A stretch of DNA of 64,000 bases, taken from positions 1 through 64,000 of IMG/VR virus record IMGVR_UViG_3300021387_001774. One strand, written 5' to 3'. The stretch is from a virus (taxonomy: Duplodnaviria; Caudoviricetes). The notes under the pieces are model-generated. The model ran no database searches. It had not been told where the DNA came from and saw only the letters and a list, made by a program, of their open reading frames with translations. Both the position numbers and the translations under genes were made by a program. Shown piece by piece: positions 8,533 through 19,973 of the stretch; position 1 is the first letter of the stretch, and each line of letters begins with the position of its first letter.

Positions 8533-11500
8533 TTAGTAGAATATTATTATATTTAACTTTTGTATATTTCTATCAATTTCGCCAAATCCAAATCTAATAG
8601 TTCCAGGAGATTCTGTAAAGATTTCTTTAGAAAGATCAGAACGGAAATGTTTATCGATATTAAATACAAGAGTCTTGAAAGTTGTATTATTCACACCTGT
8701 GTGAGTTTCGATATGCATAGCAGATACATTAAATCTAACTCCGTCACAAATAAGTGAACCAACTACTTTCAATGTTTTATCGACAGGTATTTTTTGTGAA
8801 AGAATATTCTCTATAAGATCTGAATTATACTGTCTAGTAGTATCAGATGGTCTTACTATAGGATATCTTGCAAATCCCTGTGTAGCACTTATACTAAGTT
8901 CATCTGCACCATCACCATATTCTTTTATAATTTTTGTAGTTTTTTTCGTTAAATTAAATTCGACCAAATACCAACTATAATGACCATCCATATCATCACG
9001 ACTATATGGTGTATATATTATAGTATCGTCAGTTAAAATATCAAGTATCGGATTTGGATAATTTGGCTCTAATTTCTGGTTTCTAACAAATTCCATTAAA
9101 ATAAATATAGATTGCATTGTGCCATTATTTGGGAAAGTAACTGGAATATTTTTATATTCCGTATCTTCTTCTACAGTATTTGTTGTTCTAGAATATTTAT
9201 ATATTGCTGCAGTTTTACTAGAAATTAGTAATGGTCCTTTAACTGTATTTAATATGTACTCAAGGATAGCATAAGATCCTGTATCATTAACATCAAATGT
9301 CTTTACAACTATAAAGTCATTACCATTATACCAGAATACATAACTATTTCCATAATCAGTAACATGAGTTGTATCAGTAATACCTTTAGGTTCAGTACCT
9401 ACACAAATGAGACCTTCTAGAGTATTTTTCATATCATAAATACGTGCATACTTAGTATCCATTTCTACAAAATATCTTGGATCATGAATTGAAATAATTT
9501 CTGATCTGTTAGAATCTGGAATCATAATCAATTTATATAATTTATAAACTTCTTGTTCATCAAAGATATATTCTATGTATTCTTTTGTTTGTACAAATAA
9601 TGCTTCACCCATTTCCCATATGTCTGTAACACAACCTTTATTACCAATATGAATTGGAATAATAGAAGATGAACCTTCAGGTGTGAAATAGAACATACTT
9701 TCTACATTTCTGTAACTTCTAGGAGCATTATTGATATAGTTGAAATTGGATTCATTAAATTCAAAGTTGGTATTCAAACGTTTGTTTACAGCGTTTACAT
9801 AATCTTGACTTGTATAGCGGAATACACCATATCTTGTTTGCATATACTTGAGATACTTAGTAGAATCAAAAAGTATATCTCTCTTATAATCATCAACATT
9901 AGTAAAGAATAAATTCTTTCTATTTGTGAGATTAGCTACAAATAATTTAGTTTCTATATAAGAACCATCAGCACTACCAAACTTCATATATTTCATAGTA
10001 GTTCTATCCATATACATAGTAGGTTCCGCAATATCAACATACAAAGAATTTCTTTCGAAATCTAATCCTTCAACATTGCTACCAATCTTCTGATTTACAT
10101 TACTCTCTTCATTTGGATTATCAAGAGAAGAATCATATTTGAATTTAGTATAAGCTTGTAAACATTTGTTTTTACTATTCCATACTATCAATGAATATGT
10201 ATTTTCATAAACAATGTTGTTGGAAATAGCAATTACTTGAATATCAGAATCGGTAAGATTAAGATCTTCACTAGGAAGATAACCTTGATTCTTTATATAA
10301 TTTTTAAGATTTGTTCTTATCTCATTCTGAGAAATATCATATGTAAAGTTCTTTTCTTCGTTTATAGATAAAGTATCTCCTGCAGAAATGAGAGAATCAT
10401 AATCTATAGAGAATACTTTGAATACTGTAATTGACTGACTATAATCTAAATATCTTTCACCAGTATCGATATCATAATTAAATCTTGGGAATTTTCCATA
10501 GAATAATCCATAGACCTGAAGATCTGTATTATTTCTACCGATAATTACTGATTGCATATTAACATACTTAGGATCGAATTCTATAAATATATCTTGACCA
10601 GTTGTTCTATCTGTATAACCAGTTTTTACAACCTTAATACATTCGTTATTCTTATCGAATATACCAAATGCGTTATCTTGACCAAGAGCCATAACGATAG
10701 CAGATTTATTAGTATTAACAGTAGATGCAAAAGCAATCTTTTCTGAATTCAATTTGAAATCAGTTCTACCAGTAATACCATAAGAATTCAATTTAATAGT
10801 TTTATTTTCCTTATCGAAATAATAGCTATCAACTTTATTCTCTAAAGAAAGATTAGACTCTGTTAAATCATTAATATCGCAACCATATGAATGACGTTGT
10901 ACAATCAAACCGTATGAAGGAATGTTTGCAACAGAAGTACGTCTATTTTGTTCATTTACAACGTGAGAATTTATATCTTCTGTATTAATTATTGCACCAA
11001 TATCGTATAATACTGGATTAGTATAACGATCAATATTTTCAATCTTTTTAAGTTTGTCTTCAGCATTAACGGCTGTGAAATCAATTATGAACTTATTAGT
11101 TACGAAATCACTATTGTCTTGTTTCTTACCAGAAGTTACAAGTATAAATTTATCCTTTTCTACCTGTAATACTCCAGTATAAATCTTATCAATAGGACTT
11201 ATATCTTTATAGATTTCAGAATTCTTAACGAACGGCGTAATATTATATTCGATATTTCCAAGTGTATCAACGCTCTTTCTTATCATAAATACACCTTCAT
11301 TATTATCTACATTGTTTCGTATTGCCGTATTTGTACCAGAACCATTTATGAAGAATAGATCACCCTTGTATTCAAATGTATTATTAAAAGAATAAACATC
11401 CGAAATATCAATAGCTGTACTCTTTATAAACTCTTTTGTTTCTGGTTTATAAGAGTATTTATCATATGGATTTTCGAAATCATATGTAGAAACAACGATA

Positions 11501-14500
11501 TCATCATTATGTGGTTTGATATAATCGATAAAATCAACAGAAAGTTTTTCAACAAATTCAAACTCTGCAAGATTAAGTTTTCTAGTTTGTAAGTAATATA
11601 GCTTAGTTTTGTTATTGTCATCTTTACCATAAATAAAGAATCCGTCTCTATTCTGGAATCCATTTTCTACATAAATATCGAGATCAATGTGGGTTAAAGT
11701 ACCACTGAATGTTCCAGGTACCACCTCATCAGAAATCCAAATACCCTTATTATATTCAGATATGAAACAATATCTAATCTTTGAATTAGATAAAGTAGCT
11801 ATCAAGAAATCATTAGGATTAATACCATTTGAATTTCCAATTGTATATTTATCATTATTTATATGAAGTTCTATAAAACCGTCATCATCAAGTGTAATGA
11901 AATTATAGTTATCATTTATAAACTTCTTTTTGTGAGCATTTGTATCTTTTGTGGGACAGTAAGATTCGTCATAATCCTTATTTATAGCTATTGGATACAT
12001 TACTGTATTACCAACAACAAGGTTTCCAGAATCACGTAATTCTGTAACAGGATTATAACTAATTACTGAAGCCGGATACCAATGTTCATAGTCAGTTGTA
12101 AATAAGATCTTTCCAGTATTATTATCTGTAACATGAATTATATTATAACCTACTGTAGCATGAAGATTTCTAGACATACATGCTTTAGGATCAACTAATG
12201 GTGATGTAAAATCAGAAGCTATAGTTGGTAATCCATCTAATGATCTTCCAGTAATTACACCAGTATCAGTATTCTTAATTATATAGTAGTTATTATATGA
12301 ACCTACATGGAGTACTTCACGTGTACCAGCTTCTTCTGTCCAAGTATGACCAAAATCTTCTGATTTATAAGTCTTGTCATCAGTTCCAAGTAAATAGATA
12401 AAGTCTTTAGATACTTCGGAACCATTATCTTGTTTCCAAATAGAAACACAAGGATAGAATTTCTTTACACCAACATCGGCTGGAAGATTACTCTTAGTAA
12501 ATGTATCAGGATCATCCCAACCAGAATACCAAAGTCCAATAGCTGTAGGATCAGTTTTACCACTACCATACAAAATAACACCACGAAGATCATATCCATA
12601 TAATTTATAATCTTTTATCTTATCACCACTTAAATCCAAATCATTTACAGTAACTGTAGTCCATGAAGTAAACAATTCTTTAATATCAACTAAATTTGAA
12701 GTAGTTTCTGCATATTTGAGTTGATGGTTAGTAGAATCAAGTGCAAAATATCTATTATTATCAAAGAATAAATCTGTACAATCAAATCCAAGATTATATG
12801 AATGAATAGGATCATAATATTGTACTTCTTCTTGTGTTACATATGCTTCAGTATACTTAGAAGTAATATTTTCAAGACCAACATTATCGACCAATATACT
12901 TCCATATTCACCAACAAAGAAAATACGATTTAATCCAGTTGTATAAATTTTTGGATAATATGGTTGATCTTTCATATCTAGGAATATAATATCCATATTG
13001 GATTTTTTCCAGATAATACCATCTTTAGAATAGTAATATGTATGATCTGTAGATTTTTTATTAACCTTTACAGCATAGAAATACAAGAAATTATCATAGA
13101 ATACTTCAAATGAATCATCAAAAATGATTTCTTCATGAGTATTTTCTGTCATAGGTTTTACAAGTCTATGGAACACATCAGAGTTATATGAATAGAAAAG
13201 ACCATTCTTACCTATAGCAAGAGTTATGATATTATTAGAACAAATGCTTGTCCATTTTTCTTGATAAAGAATCTTTTTACCAACAAATTCATCTTCAGAC
13301 TTAGTAAGTTTTCTATAAACAATAGTTCTTTCTGTAGCATCTTTATTCAAGATATCTGTAGAAATATTAACAGTAAATAACATATAGAAATCACCATTAG
13401 CTACATCAGCATTATCTGGAATAATAATGATATCTACTGTATTTTCACTACGTTTAAGAATACCTACTCTGAATGAGTTAACAAATACAAGATTATTTTT
13501 AATATATTCGTTAATTGTTTGACATTTCTTAGACAAAATAGGATCATTAGATTTAATCAAATTATCAAGAATTGTTGGATCTTGCATTAAATCGTATTTG
13601 AATACTTCTGGATAATTTACATAAAGTTTTTTATTGTTGTAAATCTTAGGATTTTGACCAGGTTCTAGTTTATAATAATCGTCATTCTTAATAAATTTAA
13701 ATGGTTCCACCAATGAATCATCTATACCAAAAAGAACTTCGTTTTCGTTTAAATCAAATATTTCATAAACATCTCTATCGTTGATATATTCTTTAAATGA
13801 ACCATTTTTTTCGAGTTTATATAACGCATTAGTATCGTCATCTTTAATAAATTTAGTAAATTCTCCAAAATATTCTATTGGAGATCCTGTAAGTTGAAGA
13901 TCAATATCTGATGTAGAGAAATCTGTAATATCAATAAGTTTAGCTACTACATCTCCGTTGTTTTTATAATAAACGAAATCGTGTGTATCATCAAAACTGC
14001 TAATATACATATCTGTATTTTCTGCAATATCAGATACCTTTATTGTATTTGAAACTAATTGATCAGTCTCTATTTTACTAATATATGCGTACAATTCATT
14101 ATCATAAACATGATATGTACGTACTTGTTTAAGCTTGTTTTCTTCTATAGACTTTATAGGACCAATTAACTTAACGAAATTACCTGTAGAATCTTGTATC
14201 CATTCTTCCAGTAAACCATCATCGTTCTTATTATAGAGTCTACCATTAGAAATATATAATGGTGTATAATTATCGATAGTTATTTGATCTGATCCAGATG
14301 GATATGTACAGTTTGGTAATTTAGCTATACCTGATACATAACCACCATCTTGAGTTAATATCTCCGTAAAAGAAGAAGTATTTACAGTATAAAGATACGT
14401 TCTAACATCATCTGAAGAATCTTTACCTGTAATGAAATACTCGATATTTGGTTTATAAACTTCAAAATTATCGATAGAAACAAGATCTGTAGTAGAAATA

Positions 14501-17448
14501 TCAAAAGAAGTTACTTCGATAGGATCTGAAGCTGTAGCTTTTGATACTTTAAATATAGAGTTGGTATTCTTAAACCAAACAAAATATTTTGAATCAGATA
14601 CTTCTTCTTCGATATTAATATCATCTTTATGATCACGAATGAGTGCACCCAAAGATGTATAGATATCATTTGCTGAAGTACTAATAACACTACCATTTTG
14701 TACACTTTGAATAAATGTATTTGTAGTAGGTATATAATTGCTTCCTGATTTTACAGTCTTATTAGAAAGAACTAAATGATTCTTTTGTACAAAATCATGA
14801 GGATAATCATAATCTTTATTTATATTAGTACCAGCATTTACACCAGAAGTAACAGCACTATCTTCCATAGTTAAAATCATATTGTCAACGTCTGTATAAT
14901 CGATATTAACAAAATATGATCTATTCCATTGTGCTTCACTTGTACCATATGTATCAGTTTTTACAAAGAAATGTAAAGACTTTTTATTAGAAGCATCTAA
15001 TGTTTCAGGTACAAAATTAGTAACAACTAATGGACGTTTACGTACATATAAATAAAGAATGTCTTTAACGGTCGTTCCACCATATGAATCTGACCACTCT
15101 TTAGTAGAAGAAGCACTAAGAGTTAATATTTTACCTAAACCTTTAGCAACAGTATCACCAAAAATACGTTGTTGTTTAATAGTAGTTTTATTATTTATAT
15201 CATAGATTTGTAAATACAAAGATATTGCGCCTTGTTGATCAGATTTAGCCCAAGTTAACGGTTGTTGATATGTATAAGTGTGTGTTTGGTTGCCCCAAAA
15301 AGTTGTATCCGTATTACCATGATTGGCATTTATAGAACCTTTACTATCGGAGACTTTATAAGTTTGTAAACCAATTATAAAAAGTTTATCATCAACTAAT
15401 GAAAATATCGGATCATTCAAATCTTGTTCTTCATTAAATGTAGCAACCGTTTGTTTAACATGTGATATGGTACCATCATTATAAATAATAAATAATTTTT
15501 TATTTTTACCATGATTGCACTTGTATGTTTCGCCACCCCAGTTAACATCATATATGTGTTTAGGATTAGTTACATGCAAACCAGAAGCAGTAGTAAAGTT
15601 ATCTTCTAATTGAGTAGATGAAACAATCACATAATTACCAGTAGTGTGTTCAATAACTACATCTTGATATTTATTAGTATAAATATCATTTTCCGAACGA
15701 ATTTCATCACCTATATTTTTTATAATAGTTTGATTATTATTTATTCTGTCGAAAAATACAAAGTTACCATTTTTTTGTAAATAAATACTATTTCCATTAT
15801 CGAATTTTACTAGACGATTCTTTTCAATTTCTTCACCTTCAATTATAGTTTCTAATGTAATATTCGTATTAGTACGTTCAATGTTACCATGAATATCATT
15901 ATAAACTGTATTGGAAGCATCTCTATCTAAGTACGAATTAGTATTTACAACATCTCCAGGACGTAAATCAACTATATCAAAAGTCTTTTCACCATAAGCA
16001 ACAGCTATATGATTATCGATTTTCTTTGGACTCTTTCCTACAGCTACTAAACTCTGTTCATTATTGTATAATCTAACACTATCATCTTCTTTTAGTTTAT
16101 TCTCATTAGCTATGTAATTATTTGTATCTGCTTCCTCATTATCATCGAATACTTCAGAGACTTCATAATCAACTTTCAAAGCTTTATTTGTTCCACGATA
16201 TTTAATATCTTCTACAACGAGCTGATTATTCTTATCTTTAAGTACGTCATCTTTATTGATATTTCCATCAAGTTCATCATTAATGAAATCAAAACTATGA
16301 ATGAAAGAGAAGTTAACACTTCTTACATAATACTCTACACCTTCGCGGAATACAGTAAGATGTGTTTCTGGAATATAGATTTCTCTAGTAATCTTTGCAC
16401 CATTTTCATCAGTATACTCTTCTGAACTCTTAGTATAATAGGTTTCATTATACAATGGATCTACACTAGTATCTTCTACTAATGTGTAAGAATAGTACTT
16501 ATTGTGTTTATCTACAGTAAGACCAGTAGCGTTGAAACTATATCCATTTACTAATAATCCTTCAATTTCAAAGTTATAATATTCATCGAGTTCAGGATAA
16601 TCAGTATTAAGACAGAAAACATAGAATGTTTTATCACCATTCTTATATTTAAATACATCGATTTTAAACTTGTTTTCAAGATCTTTACCAAGTACTTTCT
16701 CTCTAGAGATAAACCATTTACCATTATCGAGTACAACATTAAGGTTTACCCACATGAAGCCATTCTGGATTTTAAGATTGAATACAAGAGAATCTTTTTC
16801 AAGTTCGCCAACTTCAAAAGCAATAAAATCAACATTCTGTTCACTAGGAAGTAAGTTTACATTACGAATATAAGATTGAAGATCTGGATTCAATCTCATA
16901 ATCTGACCCTTTTTAAGACTAACTTTATCATTTAAAATATAATCATTAGTCTTATCATTCTTAGCTTCCATTGTAGCAGCTAATGCAGAATTACGGAATA
17001 CACCATTGAGTTTATTCTTAAATAATGTAATAGCTTCTGTAAAGTAAGCATCAAGATCAATTTTCCAGTTATCAATATTAGGATCAGAACCCATTAATGT
17101 AACAAAATTACCATAATACTCTTCAAGTGTATTGAGCATATTATATATGGCATCTGGACCATATTTAGGTATTTCTTTACCATCATCAGTAGTGATAGTG
17201 TTATATCCAATAATATTGTTATTCTCATCAAATACTAATGCGTCAGCCATATTATATTCAATATCTTTCATCTTTTTGGCTAACGAATTTGCATCACTAG
17301 TGTCTGTATTTTTTGTAGATTCGAAAAGCTCAATTATCTTATTAAGCTTTTTATCGAATTCTTTCAATTCACTTATAGGAATAAAGTCATTATCTCTAAC
17401 ACCTTTATCTATACGTGAAAGTACAGGCATTCTATTATTATAAGCCAT
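8533..17448 (-). CDS. Giant virion protein, tail fibre/receptor-binding-like, with beta-propeller (Asp-box) regions
   Basis: 2971 aa, beta-rich; Asp-box motifs YKSEDFGHTW and YYSKDGIIWK; AGGAGG RBS; late motif upstream. Confidence 0.6.
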   Translation of the reverse strand: MAYNNRMPVLSRIDKGVRDNDFIPISELKEFDKKLNKIIELFESTKNTDTSDANSLAKKMKDIEYNMADALVFDENNNIIGYNTITTDDGKEIPKYGPDAIYNMLNTLEEYYGNFVTLMGSDPNIDNWKIDLDAYFTEAITLFKNKLNGVFRNSALAATMEAKNDKTNDYILNDKVSLKKGQIMRLNPDLQSYIRNVNLLPSEQNVDFIAFEVGELEKDSLVFNLKIQNGFMWVNLNVVLDNGKWFISREKVLGKDLENKFKIDVFKYKNGDKTFYVFCLNTDYPELDEYYNFEIEGLLVNGYSFNATGLTVDKHNKYYSYTLVEDTSVDPLYNETYYTKSSEEYTDENGAKITREIYIPETHLTVFREGVEYYVRSVNFSFIHSFDFINDELDGNINKDDVLKDKNNQLVVEDIKYRGTNKALKVDYEVSEVFDDNEEADTNNYIANENKLKEDDSVRLYNNEQSLVAVGKSPKKIDNHIAVAYGEKTFDIVDLRPGDVVNTNSYLDRDASNTVYNDIHGNIERTNTNITLETIIEGEEIEKNRLVKFDNGNSIYLQKNGNFVFFDRINNNQTIIKNIGDEIRSENDIYTNKYQDVVIEHTTGNYVIVSSTQLEDNFTTASGLHVTNPKHIYDVNWGGETYKCNHGKNKKLFIIYNDGTISHVKQTVATFNEEQDLNDPIFSLVDDKLFIIGLQTYKVSDSKGSINANHGNTDTTFWGNQTHTYTYQQPLTWAKSDQQGAISLYLQIYDINNKTTIKQQRIFGDTVAKGLGKILTLSASSTKEWSDSYGGTTVKDILYLYVRKRPLVVTNFVPETLDASNKKSLHFFVKTDTYGTSEAQWNRSYFVNIDYTDVDNMILTMEDSAVTSGVNAGTNINKDYDYPHDFVQKNHLVLSNKTVKSGSNYIPTTNTFIQSVQNGSVISTSANDIYTSLGALIRDHKDDINIEEEVSDSKYFVWFKNTNSIFKVSKATASDPIEVTSFDISTTDLVSIDNFEVYKPNIEYFITGKDSSDDVRTYLYTVNTSSFTEILTQDGGYVSGIAKLPNCTYPSGSDQITIDNYTPLYISNGRLYNKNDDGLLEEWIQDSTGNFVKLIGPIKSIEENKLKQVRTYHVYDNELYAYISKIETDQLVSNTIKVSDIAENTDMYISSFDDTHDFVYYKNNGDVVAKLIDITDFSTSDIDLQLTGSPIEYFGEFTKFIKDDDTNALYKLEKNGSFKEYINDRDVYEIFDLNENEVLFGIDDSLVEPFKFIKNDDYYKLEPGQNPKIYNNKKLYVNYPEVFKYDLMQDPTILDNLIKSNDPILSKKCQTINEYIKNNLVFVNSFRVGILKRSENTVDIIIIPDNADVANGDFYMLFTVNISTDILNKDATERTIVYRKLTKSEDEFVGKKILYQEKWTSICSNNIITLAIGKNGLFYSYNSDVFHRLVKPMTENTHEEIIFDDSFEVFYDNFLYFYAVKVNKKSTDHTYYYSKDGIIWKKSNMDIIFLDMKDQPYYPKIYTTGLNRIFFVGEYGSILVDNVGLENITSKYTEAYVTQEEVQYYDPIHSYNLGFDCTDLFFDNNRYFALDSTNHQLKYAETTSNLVDIKELFTSWTTVTVNDLDLSGDKIKDYKLYGYDLRGVILYGSGKTDPTAIGLWYSGWDDPDTFTKSNLPADVGVKKFYPCVSIWKQDNGSEVSKDFIYLLGTDDKTYKSEDFGHTWTEEAGTREVLHVGSYNNYYIIKNTDTGVITGRSLDGLPTIASDFTSPLVDPKACMSRNLHATVGYNIIHVTDNNTGKILFTTDYEHWYPASVISYNPVTELRDSGNLVVGNTVMYPIAINKDYDESYCPTKDTNAHKKKFINDNYNFITLDDDGFIELHINNDKYTIGNSNGINPNDFLIATLSNSKIRYCFISEYNKGIWISDEVVPGTFSGTLTHIDLDIYVENGFQNRDGFFIYGKDDNNKTKLYYLQTRKLNLAEFEFVEKLSVDFIDYIKPHNDDIVVSTYDFENPYDKYSYKPETKEFIKSTAIDISDVYSFNNTFEYKGDLFFINGSGTNTAIRNNVDNNEGVFMIRKSVDTLGNIEYNITPFVKNSEIYKDISPIDKIYTGVLQVEKDKFILVTSGKKQDNSDFVTNKFIIDFTAVNAEDKLKKIENIDRYTNPVLYDIGAIINTEDINSHVVNEQNRRTSVANIPSYGLIVQRHSYGCDINDLTESNLSLENKVDSYYFDKENKTIKLNSYGITGRTDFKLNSEKIAFASTVNTNKSAIVMALGQDNAFGIFDKNNECIKVVKTGYTDRTTGQDIFIEFDPKYVNMQSVIIGRNNTDLQVYGLFYGKFPRFNYDIDTGERYLDYSQSITVFKVFSIDYDSLISAGDTLSINEEKNFTYDISQNEIRTNLKNYIKNQGYLPSEDLNLTDSDIQVIAISNNIVYENTYSLIVWNSKNKCLQAYTKFKYDSSLDNPNEESNVNQKIGSNVEGLDFERNSLYVDIAEPTMYMDRTTMKYMKFGSADGSYIETKLFVANLTNRKNLFFTNVDDYKRDILFDSTKYLKYMQTRYGVFRYTSQDYVNAVNKRLNTNFEFNESNFNYINNAPRSYRNVESMFYFTPEGSSSIIPIHIGNKGCVTDIWEMGEALFVQTKEYIEYIFDEQEVYKLYKLIMIPDSNRSEIISIHDPRYFVEMDTKYARIYDMKNTLEGLICVGTEPKGITDTTHVTDYGNSYVFWYNGNDFIVVKTFDVNDTGSYAILEYILNTVKGPLLISSKTAAIYKYSRTTNTVEEDTEYKNIPVTFPNNGTMQSIFILMEFVRNQKLEPNYPNPILDILTDDTIIYTPYSRDDMDGHYSWYLVEFNLTKKTTKIIKEYGDGADELSISATQGFARYPIVRPSDTTRQYNSDLIENILSQKIPVDKTLKVVGSLICDGVRFNVSAMHIETHTGVNNTTFKTLVFNIDKHFRSDLSKEIFTESPGTIRFGFGEIDRNIQKLNIIIFY

Positions 17449-17485
17449 GATATATATTCCTCCTATATAAATAGGTATGTTTTAG

Positions 17486-17499
17486 TATATAGAAATGTC
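17486..17499 (-). promoter_or_regulatory. Late-type promoter
   Basis: GACA-TTTCTA-TATA; identical to the one upstream of 62613. Confidence 0.65.
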
Positions 17500-17553
17500 A
17501 TTTTACGGTATTATATAGAAAATTGTAAGAGGTTTTAAATAGTTATTATAAAT

Positions 17554-17579
17554 ATACTGGGGAGTATACTCCCCAGTAT
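17554..17579 (-). terminator. Intrinsic terminator
   Basis: Perfect palindrome ATACTGGGGAGTATACTCCCCAGTAT after the stop of the 787-aa gene. Confidence 0.7.
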
Positions 17580-17590
17580 TATTAGTTAGT

Positions 17591-19954
17591 TTAGCATATC
17601 ATAGATGCTCTAATATTACGTAGTTCGTCTTTTGAAAGCATACCGAGCTTATCAGCGGCAACAAAAGAAGTTGTCAAACATCTAGCCTTATTCAATACAA
17701 TAAGACCTTCACTTGATTTGGTAACATCGATTTTATCTACGATTTTACTAATGATTGATTCATAAAGATTTGTATCAAGTTTTGTTGTATCTACTTCATC
17801 TACTACAAAGTCTACAAGTCTCATAATATCGAAGTTAACAATAGTATGTTTTCCTTCGAATTGTTTCTTGTAGTTCTTTTCTACTTCTGTCTTAATCTTA
17901 GCAATTTCATCATCGAATGAATATCCATAAGCATCGATATCCTTAAGTGAAGAAATAGTAATTCTATCTGAGTTATCATCAGTATTAGCAGACTTAGAAG
18001 CAAATACTTTCATAGAAATTGCTTCTTCGATAGGAATAATACTTTCAATAGATTGAAGAGCTTTAATCTTTGATTCAACTTCCATCTTTTCACCTGGTTC
18101 AAGATTAAACATCTTTTCATTAAGAAGTTCATCAAGATAACCAAGTTTGCTCTTATTTCCACGAATATCAATTCCATCTGCAATTTCAGACTTGATTTCA
18201 GAAATAGACATACCGATCTTCAAGATTTCAGCAAGTTCATGTTCATGAAGATCTTCTTTAGAAATATCTTTTGAATCTTTTGGTGTAAGGATTGTAGGTT
18301 TAAATAAAGATGCTACAGCATTATGAACAGGAGAATCAGTTCTCTGGAATGAACCAGAAAGGATTCCAAGAATACCGAAGTCATTCATGAGTTTTTCAGT
18401 ATCTTCTTTAACCTTTTCAACTTTTTCTACCTTATCTTCAATTTCTTTGTTAATAGTATCTTTATCGATATTATCAGCAACCGAATCTTCTTTAGAAAGA
18501 AGACCATACATTTCAGTAGCTCTTCTACTTACTTCATTAAAGAAGAATTGACCACCATCTTTTGTAAATGCAAGATAAGCAGCAAGTTTATTAGTAGGAG
18601 TTATTGTACGATGATGCAATTTTTCAAATGACAGAGGCATGAAATCTTTGGCAAACGCTTCCTCAGATTCCTCATCATCCCAATCACTTCCCCAATCATC
18701 GTCATCATCTGAACTACTTCCCCAATCGTCTTCATCAGAAGAATTGCTATCATCGTCGTCATCCTCATCTTCGTCATCATATTCGTCTTTTTTAGGTTCT
18801 TTAGCCTTAAACTTATTTTCATCATACTGGAATTTGTCTTGATCTACTTCGATCTCTTTTCCGTCATCATCAGTATATGTATTTTCCTGAGATTCAATTT
18901 CTCCAGAATCAGATCCTTCTGTCAGATCATCATTCTGCTGTTCTTCACCATCAGAAAGAGAGAAAACCTTATTAGCATTAGCAGTATTATTAGGTAAAGA
19001 TGTTGTATCAATTTCATCACCTAATTCTTGGAATTCTTGAAGAATCTGTACTGCTTCTTCTCTAGAGAAAGAATTTTCATCGAAAGTTTTATAAAGTGAT
19101 TCTCTAGAAATATCAACATCTACAGACATATCATATTTCTTATAAAGATCACTCTTCTTATATTTCTTATTTTTTCTAAGAGCTTTACCATACCAGCCCT
19201 CAGAAGCTTGAACTTCATCTTTCTTCTCTTCTTTTTCTGACTCTTCAGCAGCTTCACCAACTTCTTTATCAGATTCAGCATTAGGATCTACAGAATCACC
19301 ATTAACTTTCTTTTCAATTTCCTCACGCTTTTCATTAATCTGTGTAACAGCATCACGTACTACAGAGTTCTTAGCTTCTGTTTCTGTAATAAGTTTATTT
19401 ACATCTTCTTTAATAGAATCAATTACAGATTCACCTTCGAGAGAAAGAAGCATATCCATCTTTCTCTTAAGTTCTTTACCATTGTTGAACTGTGAATCAA
19501 ACGTAATAGATTCAAAAGCGTGGTCAATATGATTCATAACCTGTTCAATAGACAAGTTATTAAACTTACCAGAATCAAATTCAGCTTCAAGTACATCTGC
19601 ACGATCTTTAGCTTCATTATAAATGTGTTCAGCGAGAAGCTTCTGTACAGATTCACTAAAGCTTCCAGGATTAGCAATTTCATGTGCAAAGTCAACATTA
19701 TGCATAGTATTCTTTTCATCAAGTAATGCATTATTGATCACTCGTTTGGCTGTCTCACCAATAGTTGCTGTAGATTCCTTAAAGATAGCTTCTTTAGTAC
19801 TTGTTTCAGCATTATCAGGAATATTTAATGTAGTTGATTGTTTAATAGTCTTTGTGAGGAACCCAACCATATGCTCTTCATATGAACGATTTCTCCATTC
19901 GTCAGCTTTAATACTTACTGCCGTAGAAAAATCTTCTTTAGAATCATTGATCAT
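17591..19954 (-). CDS. Acidic virion (head) protein with multiple putative protease sites
   Basis: 787 aa; many S/A-x-E motifs (SKE, AFE, SLE, ASE, SRE, SEE, SIE); long D/E tract; follows the baseplate gene in the same direction. Confidence 0.5.
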   Translation of the reverse strand: MINDSKEDFSTAVSIKADEWRNRSYEEHMVGFLTKTIKQSTTLNIPDNAETSTKEAIFKESTATIGETAKRVINNALLDEKNTMHNVDFAHEIANPGSFSESVQKLLAEHIYNEAKDRADVLEAEFDSGKFNNLSIEQVMNHIDHAFESITFDSQFNNGKELKRKMDMLLSLEGESVIDSIKEDVNKLITETEAKNSVVRDAVTQINEKREEIEKKVNGDSVDPNAESDKEVGEAAEESEKEEKKDEVQASEGWYGKALRKNKKYKKSDLYKKYDMSVDVDISRESLYKTFDENSFSREEAVQILQEFQELGDEIDTTSLPNNTANANKVFSLSDGEEQQNDDLTEGSDSGEIESQENTYTDDDGKEIEVDQDKFQYDENKFKAKEPKKDEYDDEDEDDDDDSNSSDEDDWGSSSDDDDDWGSDWDDEESEEAFAKDFMPLSFEKLHHRTITPTNKLAAYLAFTKDGGQFFFNEVSRRATEMYGLLSKEDSVADNIDKDTINKEIEDKVEKVEKVKEDTEKLMNDFGILGILSGSFQRTDSPVHNAVASLFKPTILTPKDSKDISKEDLHEHELAEILKIGMSISEIKSEIADGIDIRGNKSKLGYLDELLNEKMFNLEPGEKMEVESKIKALQSIESIIPIEEAISMKVFASKSANTDDNSDRITISSLKDIDAYGYSFDDEIAKIKTEVEKNYKKQFEGKHTIVNFDIMRLVDFVVDEVDTTKLDTNLYESIISKIVDKIDVTKSSEGLIVLNKARCLTTSFVAADKLGMLSKDELRNIRASMIC

Positions 19955-19973
19955 ATCTAATCTCCCGTATTAA

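Noticed and set aside
18660-18790. Low-complexity repeat in the 787-aa gene (antisense poly-Ser ORF 18639..18842)
   Set aside because: It only reflects the D/E-rich linker (DDDDWGS repeats) of the sense protein, not a separate element.
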